64,000 bases of DNA from Candidatus Marinacidobacterales bacterium (GTDB taxonomy: Bacteria; Acidobacteriota; Vicinamibacteria; Marinacidobacterales; DATDRI01), in assembly GCA_965219415.1 (NCBI GenBank), contig CBDCNP010000002.1, positions 5,568,001 through 5,632,000 on the forward strand. The letters run 5' to 3'. Made by a program: the position numbers and the translations under genes. Shown here one piece after another: positions 22,578 to 32,756 of the stretch. The notes under the pieces are model-generated. The model had not been told where the DNA came from. It saw only the letters and a list, made by a program, of their open reading frames with translations, and did no database searches. Within the stretch, counting starts at the first letter, position 1, and each line of letters begins with the position of its first letter.

Positions 22578-23147
22578 CTATTAGTGCAATCTGCGTACCA
22601 GAGAACGCGATGCTCCAGGGGCTGTAACTCACAGATACAAGGTGTTCTTTTTAGATCGGAGGCTGGCGAGCCGTAGAAGAGTGTAAAAATGTTGGGAATT
22701 TTATACCAGTTAGCCCAGAGGGGGCGGTTAGGCCTTCCGACGGTATTGTCAAAAATTGAGGCTGACGGCCGTTTCTAACGCCCAGCATGGCGTGTTTCCG
22801 ACGGCCTCGAACTCAGTATCTTGGGGGTCGGTCAGCTAGCTTTTCGTTAACTTTACAGTACCCCGTCCTGTGCCAAAACTCGGCCCAGCCGGCATCGACG
22901 GAAGAACTGCGCCTCTCGAAATCAGGCTAAGACTCTAGCACGCGAACAGGTTACGCGGCGGCCGCCAACACTTGACTGCGGAAGCACTGTTTTTGTCCAC
23001 CCGGTCTGGCCCACTTTGATCATTTCATTTGGCCCACCCTAAGTTATTGATTACACACGAAGAGAAGTAATAAGTGCCCCTTTCCTCTGTTGCGGCCGGA
23101 GCTAAGTGAAGGCCGCCTCGAGTGAAACCGGAGCAAAGCGTGTTCTG

Positions 23148-23918
23148 TCATGATGTTGCCGTCTTTTTCCGGGTTTTGAGCGAGCGACGGAAGCGATAGG
23201 ACTCGGTACCGGTTTCGAGGATGTGAGCCTGGTCGGTGAGCCGGTCCAGTAGCGCTTTGCACAGCCGGGCGTTTGTGAACACTTGCGTCCATTCCGAGAA
23301 AGGCAAGTTAGTGGTGATGACGGTCGCGGCGCGCTCACATCGTTCGGAGACGACCTGAAACAACAGTTCGGCACCGACCTCGGCGAGCGGTACGTAGCCG
23401 AGTTCGTCGATGCACAGCAGTTCGAAGCGGGCGTGCTTGCGAATAGCCTTAGAAAGCTGGAGCTCCTCCTTGGCCTCGACGAGTTCGTTGACGAGCCTCG
23501 ACGCGGTCGTGAACCGCACTCGACGACGCTGCTGGCAGGCCTCTACACACAGCGCGGTGGCGAGATGGGTTTTGCCAGTGCCGGCATCGCCGAGAAAAAT
23601 CACCGGCTCTGCCCGCTCGAGGTATCTACCCTCAGTGAGTTGGCGGATTCGCTGAGCGGACAGCTTCGGTGACAGCGAGAAGTCGAACTCGTCGAGCGTC
23701 TTCGCTCTCGGCAGCTGTGCTTCCTTCAGCCGTCTCTGAACCGTTCGGTGTTCTCGCTCTTCGACTTCAGAGCTGAGCAGAACCTCCAGATAACCCACGT
23801 GGGTTTGTTTTTCGCGGCTAGCTTGTTCTGCGAGCTTGTGGAACTGAGCTGACACCGTTGGCATCCGAAGCGTCTTGCAATGCTGCTGGATCGTCTGAAT
23901 CTCGACGGGTTGTCTCAT
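23148..23918 (-). CDS. istB: IS21 helper ATPase IstB
   Basis: GDAGTGKTH Walker [10 protein letters not shown] Walker [11 protein letters not shown]. Confidence 0.95.
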   Translation of the reverse strand: MRQPVEIQTIQQHCKTLRMPTVSAQFHKLAEQASREKQTHVGYLEVLLSSEVEEREHRTVQRRLKEAQLPRAKTLDEFDFSLSPKLSAQRIRQLTEGRYLERAEPVIFLGDAGTGKTHLATALCVEACQQRRRVRFTTASRLVNELVEAKEELQLSKAIRKHARFELLCIDELGYVPLAEVGAELLFQVVSERCERAATVITTNLPFSEWTQVFTNARLCKALLDRLTDQAHILETGTESYRFRRSLKTRKKTATS

Positions 23919-25470
23919 CGACTTACCTCGTGTGCCTGCTCATCCACGAGTCGGTCGTAGTGACCCACGTGAGGTAGAGGACGTTCGTAGCGCGCCAGCT
24001 CACCGAGTTGAGATTGGACTAGCTCTGACGATGCCGCGCGCGAAAGCGATGGAGACTCGACAAGGTGCCGAATCGCGTCTGCATCGATACAGCCGATCTC
24101 AAGCGCCACACGCAACGTATCTCTTAGCTGGTCGTAACCGTGTCGGCGTCCAAGCTGCACGAGTTCGATCATCTGACGCGTGCCTTCTTGCTTGCCCGTG
24201 ACGACGATTCAATCGCTTCCACACTTCATCGTAGCTCGCTGGCCACCGTCCTTGCTCGCGCCACTGCGCCAGAGGCGTCGACCCGGCTAAGGCTCCGGGT
24301 TTGCGCTCGAGGACGTCCAAGTAGTGTTCAAGATCTAGTACTTGTTTCATGCGGTCGTAGCAGCGTTCGTGACGCGCCACCCGGCGTCCCTCGTGCCAGA
24401 CCTCAACTTCAAGCGGCATCAGCTTGGCCACCGCACGTTGGCCGCGCTTGAGCGGCGTCGAGTACCAGTTCGTGCCCGCACGGACGCAACCCTTCTTATC
24501 CACCAGACCGATTCGTCTTTCTTCGAGCTCGAAACCCTGCGTCGCCAGTGGCAACAGGTGCTCGCGTTCGTACTCCATCCCAACACCAACCGTATGTGCT
24601 TTGCCGGAGATGTGACGTTTCTCCTCCTTGCGGCAACACGTCAGCAGGTAGTCGTTCAGCTCTTCCCAATCCGTGAACTCAGGGACCGGCGTCCAGTGAT
24701 TGCGGCGGAAGTAGCCGACCTCGCTTTCCACACCGCCTTTCTCGTTTCCACGGCTCGGATTGCAAAATTCCGACTCAAAACTCCAATGCGAGCGAAACAT
24801 GATGAACCGTTCTGTTTGCTCACGTTGGTGACCCCGAAGGATCTTCCTCACCGCCAGCGATAGGTTGTCGTAACGCAGCCGGTGGAACACCCCGCCGAAA
24901 AACTCGAACGCCTTCTCGTGCGCTTCGAAAAACGCTTGCTGCGTCGGACGCGGATACCCTCGATGCAACGCCCCTCCGCTTGCCATGCTCCGAACCACCA
25001 GCACGTAGACCTTCTGCTCTCGCCCTCCGATCCGTGAGTGAGCCTCGTACCAGTCCACTTGGCCTTCACCGCCCCACTCGTAACTCTGGGGCACGAACAC
25101 TTCGGCGTCCTTCAACCCCAGCTCTCGCCTCCGACGACCTACGTAGCGACGTATCGTTGGTTCCGCTATCTCATGTCCCGGATACTCCTCAATCACACGA
25201 CTCCAGATTCGATGAGCCGTGTGACGCTGTTTGCGCGGGGCTCGCTTGTCTCCTTCCAGAATCCCGTCGATGAACTCGACCACTGGACCCAGTTTCGGTG
25301 ACGCCCGTTCTGGACATTTACGCTCCCGTGGCACAGCCTTCTCCAGGGCCTGTCGCAACCATTCGTCGGTGAACACCGTACTTCGTTGCAACTCCTTGAA
25401 TCGTTCCAACTCCGCGTTCGTACTCTCGCCTCATCTGCTCGAACAGTCGCACTTTGGCACCCCTTTCCAA
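23915..25470 (-). pseudogene. istA: IS21 transposase IstA with frameshifts near 25360 and 24190
   Basis: QVDW, RYDN, EKGGVE and NWYS motifs; C-terminal ERPLPHVGHYDRL in ORF 23915-24172. Confidence 0.9.
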
Positions 25471-25743
25471 CCGACACCTCCTTCCCGGGACTTCGCCCCG
25501 GGAAGACTAACGGTTCGATACGGGTGGGCCAAATCAGACGATCAATATGGGCCAAAACAGAGTAGCAAACACAAAGCACCCATCGGTGGATCGGTTGCGT
25601 GTCCTTCATCATCATTATAATCGGCACCCTGAGCATCAGCGGGGGAACCGTCCGGCGCAGCGGGCTTCTGGTCAGGCGCCATCGTTGTCCTCCGCCGTGA
25701 TTCGGCCACGGGTGCTCCGCAATAGGCGGGGCGCACACGGACT

Positions 25744-26320
25744 CTATGCAGTCGGACGCGGATGCCCGAACTCGTCTACTGGATGACCCGCCGCCAAGAG
25801 CGTCTTCTGAATACTCCGCAGAAAATCGGGTGCTTTCAGCATTTCGCTACTAAAGTGAGGATTGGAGGGGAGCACCAAGTCGCATACACGTCCATTTTTA
25901 TCCCGTTTGTAGAATATGACAGTGGCTTGTCTATCGGGAGCCTTTCCTTCGTGAGCTGCTCCTTTTGCTTGTGGCCCCCACCTCTCGGGGAACCGCCGCG
26001 CGAGCAGCCACATCGAAGCCTCCGCCTTCGGCGGGCGAAACTTCGACCCGATCGTAGCGTACTTGACCTTCCCGTTTTTCAACTGGCCGTTTAGGATTTC
26101 GCCGCCCTTGTATTTCACCGTCTGCTGGATAATCTTGCTCTCCTCGAGGGCGCTCCGCTCGATGTTCTCGAGGTGAACCCATTCGAAGTGTGCCAGGGCC
26201 TCCTGGACGGACTCGTAAAATTCATGAAATAGGCCGCTCTCTACCTTCCCACGTGCGATCCACCTGCAAAGTGTCTCTGGGGTTATGCCAGCGGACTGCG
26301 CTGCATCCTTATAGCTCATC
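25744..26320 (-). pseudogene. HTH protein resembling phage terminase small subunit, 5'-truncated
   Basis: SYKDAAQSAGITPETLCRW HTH and ASMWLLARRFPERWG; cut by the type B end at 26321. Confidence 0.5.
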
Positions 26321-26446
26321 CCCGTCCTGTGCCAAAACTCGGCCCTTTTGAAATAGACCATAAATCAGCAGCTTAGTGTCTGTGTTTGCGACCGGGCCAA
26401 GGCGGCCCAAGGGTCTTGAGTTCGTTTGTATTCTTGGACACGACGG
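26321..26446. mobile_element. hybrid B/D miniature element, copy 2
   Basis: same internal junction CCAAGGCGGCcCAAGGGTCTTG as 22003-22127. Confidence 0.8.
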
Positions 26447-26483
26447 CCACGTCAGGAACAATTCGGGCTTCATCTACCTTGCG

Positions 26484-26612
26484 CGTCGTGTCCAAAAACA
26501 CAAACGCGTTGCCCAGCCCTTGATGGTTGTGCTCTCCACGATAATGATAGATGAACTCGGCGACGGCCCGTCGCGCGGGTCTTAGAGTTCGTTTGTATTT
26601 TTGGACACGACG
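26484..26612. mobile_element. ~128-bp MITE with type D TIRs
   Basis: CGTCGTGTCCAAAAACACAAACG...CGTTTGTATTTTTGGACACGACG; inverted copy at 32176-32303. Confidence 0.8.
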
Positions 26613-26615
26613 CGG

Positions 26616-27093
26616 TCAATGCACTTTGTATTTCGGCGGATCGGGCTCGAAGCTCTCGGGTCGGCTGTCCACCACCGGGCCCGAGTCGGCCTCGAATCCC
26701 ATCCCGGAGACGTGCACGTGCAATCGATTTTCTTCGACCGCTTTACGGAAGCGCGCCAGCAAGGTGTCTTTGATGAGGGTTGCGGAAGCCGGGCACGAGC
26801 AACGAGAAGCCGAATGCGTCGGTGAAGATCCCCGGTGTCATCAGCAGTGCGCCCGCGACGAGGATCATGACGCCGTCCGCAAGCGAGCCTGCGGGGACCT
26901 CGCCACGGGCCATCTGCTTCTGAGCGCGGGTCAAAACCGAGAGACCTTGCCGCCGTGCCAGATACGCACCCACGATGCCGGTGAAGACGATCAAGGCGAG
27001 CGTCAGCCACGTACCGAGATAGATTCCCGCTTGGATGAGAAGAGCGAGCTCCGCGGCGGGGACGATGACGAACAGCAAAAGAAGCTTTCCCAT
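26616..27093 (-). CDS. fxsA: FxsA family membrane protein, frameshift near 26780
   Basis: LFVIVPAAEL...GAYLARRQG...GALLMTPGIFTDAFG. Confidence 0.85.
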
Positions 27094-27410
27094 ACCGTCA
27101 TTATAGGAACGTTTTCCGGCCGCCATTGTAAAAAAGAGCTACAGATGGATAACTCTTTGCAAAGTCTACGGTTTGACACCGGCGTCCGCAGCCAACGATG
27201 CGGATGGTGGAACCACGATGTTGGCGAGCTACTTGTGCCTTCTATTTATTTATCCGCGCGCACCAAACTTGATTAATCTCCGGTCTGCCAGCACCATGCT
27301 GCCTTGGTGGGTGCTTCCGCCATCAAGTGATGGAATGGACTCCTCCACTGACATAGACGGCATCGATGTGCCAAAGTCAGTCGAATACGCATCGAAAAGG
27401 AGGAGTCCGA

Positions 27411-28442
27411 ATGAAAGATACGACAATCGCTGTGGATCTTGCAAAGAACGTCTTCGAGATTGCCATCTCGGGAGAAGCGGGGAAGGTGTCCAAGCAACTC
27501 CGTGTGAGTCGACCCAAATTGGTGTCGTTCTTTGCCAAACAGAGCGCTGCCACCGTGCTTCTCGAAGCCTGCGGCTCGGCTCACTTCTGGGCAAGGACGT
27601 TCCGAAGGTTGGGACACGACGTCGTCCTGCTCCCACCTCACCTCGTGAGGCCGTATCGACGCGGGAGCAAGAACGACCGCGCCGACACGAAGGCGTTGCT
27701 CGAGGCCTACAGGAACGAGGAGCTTCTTCCCGTACCCATCAAGTCCGTGCACCAGCACACCCTCGCTGCGCTCCATCGCCTGCGCTCAGGATGGCTCTCC
27801 ACACGGACCGCACGCATCAATGCCGTACGCGGGCTCCTGCGCGAACTCGGATTCATCATCCCAAAGGGCGCTCACTTCGTCGTGCCCGCCCTCTTCGAAC
27901 TCGTCGAAGACGCTGATTCTGATTTGCCCGACGTGCTCCGTTCGCATCTCCGTGATGCCTGCTCCGAGATTCGAGAACTCAAGGACAAGTGCGCTAGCAT
28001 CGAGCACGAGCTCAAGGCGCTCACCAAGCAGCTTCCTGAAGTCCAACGACTTCTCGCCATTCCCGGCATCGGACTTCTGGCCGCGACCGCCATCGTGGGC
28101 TTCGTCGGCGATCTTCGCCGCTTCCCATCGGGGCGCCGCTTCTCGAGCTACCTCGGCCTAGTTCCCAAGGAAAACTCCAGTGGCGACATTCGCCGCCTCG
28201 GACGCATCACCAAGCGTGGCGACTCCTACCTCCGTATGCTCCTCACCCAGGGCGGGCGCGCCGTGCTCCGCGCGGCGAACGTCAGCAAGAGCCCGCCCGA
28301 CAAGCTCCGCGCCTGGGCTCGGAAGGTCCACCGCTCGCGGGGACACAACAAGGCCGTGATTGCTGTCGCCAACAAACTCGCCCGGATCGTCTGGGCCGTC
28401 TCCACCCGCGAGAGTGAATTCCAGTCGCCGGTGGCCGCTTAG
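27411..28442 (+). CDS. IS110/IS1111 DEDD recombinase
   Basis: AGGAGG RBS; IAVDLAK, LEACG, KNDRAD, IPGIG and GLVP..NSSG motifs. Confidence 0.95.
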   Translation: MKDTTIAVDLAKNVFEIAISGEAGKVSKQLRVSRPKLVSFFAKQSAATVLLEACGSAHFWARTFRRLGHDVVLLPPHLVRPYRRGSKNDRADTKALLEAYRNEELLPVPIKSVHQHTLAALHRLRSGWLSTRTARINAVRGLLRELGFIIPKGAHFVVPALFELVEDADSDLPDVLRSHLRDACSEIRELKDKCASIEHELKALTKQLPEVQRLLAIPGIGLLAATAIVGFVGDLRRFPSGRRFSSYLGLVPKENSSGDIRRLGRITKRGDSYLRMLLTQGGRAVLRAANVSKSPPDKLRAWARKVHRSRGHNKAVIAVANKLARIVWAVSTRESEFQSPVAA

Positions 28443-28499
28443 ATTTAGAGGCTCCACTTTCGTGTTTTCCTTTTTCCCTTCCAAAAGAGGCTGCGACGA

Positions 28500-28680
28500 T
28501 ACCCATCCAACTGATGGCGTACCGGTCGGACCGGCGCGGGGTCAAGCCAATAGCAACACTGGCCCTAAGAGGTCGTTCAAAGTGATTGGCTCCTCGCGCG
28601 CGGATTTTCCATCATGGCCCGGAGCACCCAAGACGCTCCTCACTGAGGCCGAAGATACGTTTGCAGTCTGACCCACTCGT
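28500..28680 (+). ncRNA. predicted bridge/seekRNA of IS1111 copy 1
   Basis: two stem-bounded internal loops carrying target matches (TAGCAACACT, AAGTG) and donor matches (TTCCATCAT, AGATA); RNA ends approximate. Confidence 0.75.
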
Positions 28681-28772
28681 CACGACGCGATGGATGCGCA
28701 GCTTCGATGGAAGATTTATTAAGAAAGGGGCGTGACTAGAAAGAAAGGGGCTTGACTAGAGGAGTCCAGATA

Positions 28773-28995
28773 TGTTGCTACGCGGCTGCGGGCAGTGGTT
28801 CAGGTGCGGAAGAGAGCGAGTTACGCGCCCCAGTGAGCACGCAAAGCACGCAAACCTCGATCTGCGACCACAAAGGCATCGTCGTCGCCAAGAAGATGTC
28901 TCGAAAGGTGAGCCGTCGCGTCGTCAGACCAGCCTGCATAGCCGGAGTTCGGATCTCACGTCCGAACTTCAGAGCTCCGTGCGGTCGGACGAAGT
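28773..28995 (-). pseudogene. IS1-family 3' fragment
   Basis: homologous to 9289-9502; cut by the MITE at 28996. Confidence 0.85.
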
Positions 28996-29161
28996 GGTGC
29001 TTGCGCTGTTTACTGTTGGTGATGTGTACGCATCCCTTTGCAAAAGAGGCGCTTACGCTCCATTTAGCGCGCAGCGGAGGTCACGAGCGCTATTTTGGCT
29101 GTAATCTAATGCACCGTAAAGTCTTAGCGTCATCTCACCAACACTTAATGGCGGAAGCATC
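28996..29161 (+). repeat. ~165-bp IS1-type MITE
   Basis: same family as 17204-17369. Confidence 0.9.
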
Positions 29162-29204
29162 GATTTATGGGCTATTTCAAAAGGGCTGAGTTTTGGCACA
29201 GGAC

Positions 29205-30007
29205 GCCGTCGCCCGCTGGCTCGAGAAGGCAGCCCAAGTGTGTCGTCGATTCAATCACAGAAGGATCGCTGGCTTCGCTGCCGAAGAGCTTCAAGCCGAC
29301 GAGATTCGCACGTTCGCGGGCAACAAGAAGACACCGAGTTGGGTCTTCGTTACGATCGAGGTCTGGTCTCGGCTCTGGCCATCGACGGTGACGGGAAGGC
29401 GAAGCTACCGGAACACTCACGCTCTGTTTCGCGACCTTTCGAGACGGATGAATTTCGAGCGTCTTCCCTTGATCGTCACGGATGGATTCGAATTCTACCA
29501 GAAGGTCATCCGTCGCTTCTTCGGGCCAGCGTGCCTCTACGGCCAGGTCCTCAAAACGCGCAGGAACGATCGCATCATCAAGGTCGAACGGAGAGCGCTG
29601 CACGGAGCCGCGTGGCGATTCGAAGACGCGCTCAATAACTCCGAGGACTCCTCGACATTGAACACGTCGTTCATCGAGCGGTTGAATCTGACCATCCGGC
29701 AAAGCTCGGCATACCTTTCGAGACGAACACTTTCCCACGCTCGCTCGACGGAGAGGCTCGATGAGCACCTGGAGTTGTTCCGTTGCTATTACAACTTCGT
29801 CCGACCGCACGGAGCTCTGAAGTTCGGACGTGAGATCCGAACTCCGGCTATGCAAGCCGGTCTGACCACGCGACGGCTCACCTTGCGAGACATCTTCTTG
29901 GCGACGACGATTCCTTTGTGGTCGCGGATCGAGGTTTTCCTGCTCACTGGGGCGCGCAACCCGGTCTCTTCCGCACCTGTACCACTGCCCGCAGCCGCGT
30001 AGCAACA
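29205..30007 (+). pseudogene. IS1-family element, 5'-truncated by a type B end (29162-29204)
   Basis: VARWLEKAA...PVPLPAAA*. Confidence 0.9.
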
Positions 30008-31450
30008 TATCTGGACTCCTCTAGTCAAGCCCCTTTCTTTCTAGTCACGCCCCTTTCTTAATAAATCTTCCATCGAAGCTGCGCATCCATCGCGTCGTGA
30101 CGAGTGGGTCAGACTGCAAACGTATCTTCGGCCTCAGTGAGGAGCGTCTTGGGTGCTCCGGGCCATGATGGAAAATCCGCGCGCGAGGAGCCAATCACTT
30201 TGAACGACCTCTTAGGGCCAGTGTTGCTATTGGCTTGACCCCGCGCCGGTCCGACCGGTACGCCATCAGTTGGATGGGTATCGTCGCAGCCTCTTTTGGA
30301 AGGGAAAAAGGAAAACACGAAAGTGGAGCCTCTAAATCTAAGCGGCCACCGGCGACTGGAATTCACTCTCGCGGGTGGAGACGGCCCAGACGATCCGGGC
30401 GAGTTTGTTGGCGACAGCAATCACGGCCTTGTTGTGTCCCCGCGAGCGGTGGACCTTCCGAGCCCAGGCGCGGAGCTTGTCGGGCGGGCTCTTGCTGACG
30501 TTCGCCGCGCGGAGCACGGCGCGCCCGCCCTGGGTGAGGAGCATACGGAGGTAGGAGTCGCCACGCTTGGTGATGCGTCCGAGGCGGCGAATGTCGCCAC
30601 TGGAGTTTTCCTTGGGAACTAGGCCGAGGTAGCTCGAGAAGCGGCGCCCCGATGGGAAGCGGCGAAGATCGCCGACGAAGCCCACGATGGCGGTCGCGGC
30701 CAGAAGTCCGATGCCGGGAATGGCGAGAAGTCGTTGGACTTCAGGAAGCTGCTTGGTGAGCGCCTTGAGCTCGTGCTCGATGCTAGCGCACTTGTCCTTG
30801 AGTTCTCGAATCTCGGAGCAGGCATCACGGAGATGCGAACGGAGCACGTCGGGCAAATCAGAATCAGCGTCTTCGACGAGTTCGAAGAGGGCGGGCACGA
30901 CGAAGTGAGCGCCCTTTGGGATGATGAATCCGAGTTCGCGCAGGAGCCCGCGTACGGCATTGATGCGTGCGGTCCGTGTGGAGAGCCATCCTGAGCGCAG
31001 GCGATGGAGCGCAGCGAGGGTGTGCTGGTGCACGGACTTGATGGGTACGGGAAGAAGCTCCTCGTTCCTGTAGGCCTCGAGCAACGCCTTCGTGTCGGCG
31101 CGGTCGTTCTTGCTCCCGCGTCGATACGGCCTCACGAGGTGAGGTGGGAGCAGGACGACGTCGTGTCCCAACCTTCGGAACGTCCTTGCCCAGAAGTGAG
31201 CCGAGCCGCAGGCTTCGAGAAGCACGGTGGCAGCGCTCTGTTTGGCAAAGAACGACACCAATTTGGGTCGACTCACACGGAGTTGCTTGGACACCTTCCC
31301 CGCTTCTCCCGAGATGGCAATCTCGAAGACGTTCTTTGCAAGATCCACAGCGATTGTCGTATCTTTCATTTGGACTCCTCCTTTTCGATGCGTATTCGAC
31401 TGACTTTGGCACATCGATGCCGTCTATGTCAGTGGAGGAGTCCATTCCAT
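30006..31450 (-). mobile_element. IS1111-type element copy 2 (transposase 30338-31369; predicted guide RNA ~30100-30280) in the IS1 right TIR
   Basis: near-identical inverted copy of 27330-28774; outer TIR half CACTTGATGGCGGAAGCACC at 31451-31470. Confidence 0.92.
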
Positions 31451-31589
31451 CACTTGATGGCGGAAGCACCGGTCTATTTCTAAAGGGCCGAGTTTTGGCA
31501 CAGGACGGGGGATCTCGGAGGATCCAGTCTCGGAAATAGCACCGCCGCGCCCAGCTCTCGACATGCCCGGGAGGTGCTACAATGTGGGC

Positions 31590-31874
31590 ATGTTGAAGGT
31601 TCGCGAAGTTCGAGCGCTGCCCAAATACCAGATTTGGGTGCGTTACGAGGATGGCACCGAAGGCGAGGTGGACCTCATTCCCTTCGTCGGCAAGGGCATA
31701 TTCTCGTCGTGGGGTGATCCTGCATTCTTCGAGACCGTCCACGTGAGCCCCCACGGAAGCATCGCGTGGAACAAAGACATCGAGCTATGCCCGGACAGCA
31801 TCTACCTCGAGCTAACCGGAAAGAAGCCGGAGGAGGTTTTCCCTCGAATATCGGTCGCCGATGTAGATGCCTGA
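31590..31874 (+). CDS. DUF2442 family protein (putative antitoxin)
   Basis: VRALPKYQIWVRYEDGTEGEVDL...SIAWNKDIELCPDSIY. Confidence 0.8.
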   Translation: MLKVREVRALPKYQIWVRYEDGTEGEVDLIPFVGKGIFSSWGDPAFFETVHVSPHGSIAWNKDIELCPDSIYLELTGKKPEEVFPRISVADVDA

Positions 31875-32127
31875 GCTAAGCCGGTTTTATGGCATCGTCG
31901 TGCGGATGTTCTTCAACGATCATGCCCCTCCTCATTTCCATGCGTATTACGGGTCCGACGAGGCTCTCTTTGCCATCGAGACGCTATCGCTGACGGCAGG
32001 CCGCCTTCCCGCTCGCGCGACCGGTCTCGTTGTGGAGTGGGCCTCTCAACATCAGGATGAGCTCATGAGAGCTTGGAAGCGAGCCCGAAGTTTCGAGGCT
32101 CCCGGTCGGATCGATCCACTCCCTTAG
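31867..32127 (+). CDS. DUF4160 family protein (putative toxin)
   Basis: MPELSRFYGIVVRMFFNDHAPPHFHAYY...RIDPLP. Confidence 0.85.
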   Translation: MPELSRFYGIVVRMFFNDHAPPHFHAYYGSDEALFAIETLSLTAGRLPARATGLVVEWASQHQDELMRAWKRARSFEAPGRIDPLP

Positions 32128-32175
32128 GCGCCCGCTACATTTTCGCTGCCGGCCGCACAATCGTTTGAGTGAGCG

Positions 32176-32303
32176 CGTCGTGTCAAAAAACACGAACGAA
32201 CTCTAAGATCCTCGCGCCGGGCCGTCGCCGAGTTCATCTCTCATTATCAAGAAGAGCACGACCATCAAGGGCTTGCAACGCATTTGTATTTTTGGACACG
32301 ACG
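32176..32303. mobile_element. type D MITE, copy 2
   Basis: inverted homolog of 26484-26612. Confidence 0.8.
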
Positions 32304-32432
32304 GGCTAGCGGATCGAGATGTCCATCGATGGCGACGGAACCCTGGACATTCTGGCAACAAACACCGGCACCCCCGCCACCGCCTACTCCCATACCCGCC
32401 TGACGGCCGGGGCGACGCGGTACTACCGAGTC

Positions 32433-32628
32433 CGCCGTGGCCGTTTCACCGAACGGTGGAGGACGGCGAGCTGCTGCCGAAGAGCGACATTCTCAAGAGC
32501 CAGCTCGCGACGAGCCTTGAAGGCAGAGATGAGAGCGCGAACAAACGACAAAATCACGCAAGCATGTTGCCGGCAGACCGGAGACTAATCAAGTTCAGTG
32601 CCCGCGCATGAATAAATAGAAGGCACAG
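32433..32628 (-). mobile_element. type C left end with first transposase codons
   Basis: homologous to 43365-43560. Confidence 0.85.
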
Positions 32629-32718
32629 GTTAGATTTAACTGATCGAACCTAAGCAGGTCAGGTTAGCGCTAGCTGTAACCCCTGTCCTACCAGATTGTT
32701 GGCCGCCGACCACGCATT

Positions 32719-32750
32719 AAATTGAACTGAGCCGTTCAATTTGGTATTCT
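32719..32750 (+). promoter_or_regulatory. sigma70-like promoter overlapped by a palindromic operator
   Basis: AAATTGAAC-N6-GTTCAATTT; TTGAAC-17bp-TATTCT ending 6 nt before the ATG at 32757. Confidence 0.6.
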
Positions 32751-32756
32751 AGCTGC

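Larger units (their letters stand above)
22988..25573 (-). mobile_element. IS21-family element with 6-bp target duplication AAGCAC
   Basis: TGT...ACA ends with internal TGGCCCA repeats; AAGCAC at 22982-22987 and 25574-25579. Confidence 0.9.
27330..28774 (+). mobile_element. IS1111-type (IS110 superfamily) element inserted in the IS1 right TIR, copy 1
   Basis: subterminal IRs TGGACTCCTC (27336-27345) and GAGGAGTCCA (28759-28768); removing it restores GGTGCTTCCGCCATCAAG-TG-TTGCTACG. Confidence 0.92.

Noticed and set aside
25580-26320. Prophage
   Set aside because: A single truncated terminase-small-like gene, with no other phage genes
28512-28519. TGATGGCG match to the TIR bottom strand as an extra guide
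   Set aside because: It lies outside the stem-bounded loops, in what looks like the scaffold 5' part of the RNA; 8 nt may be chance
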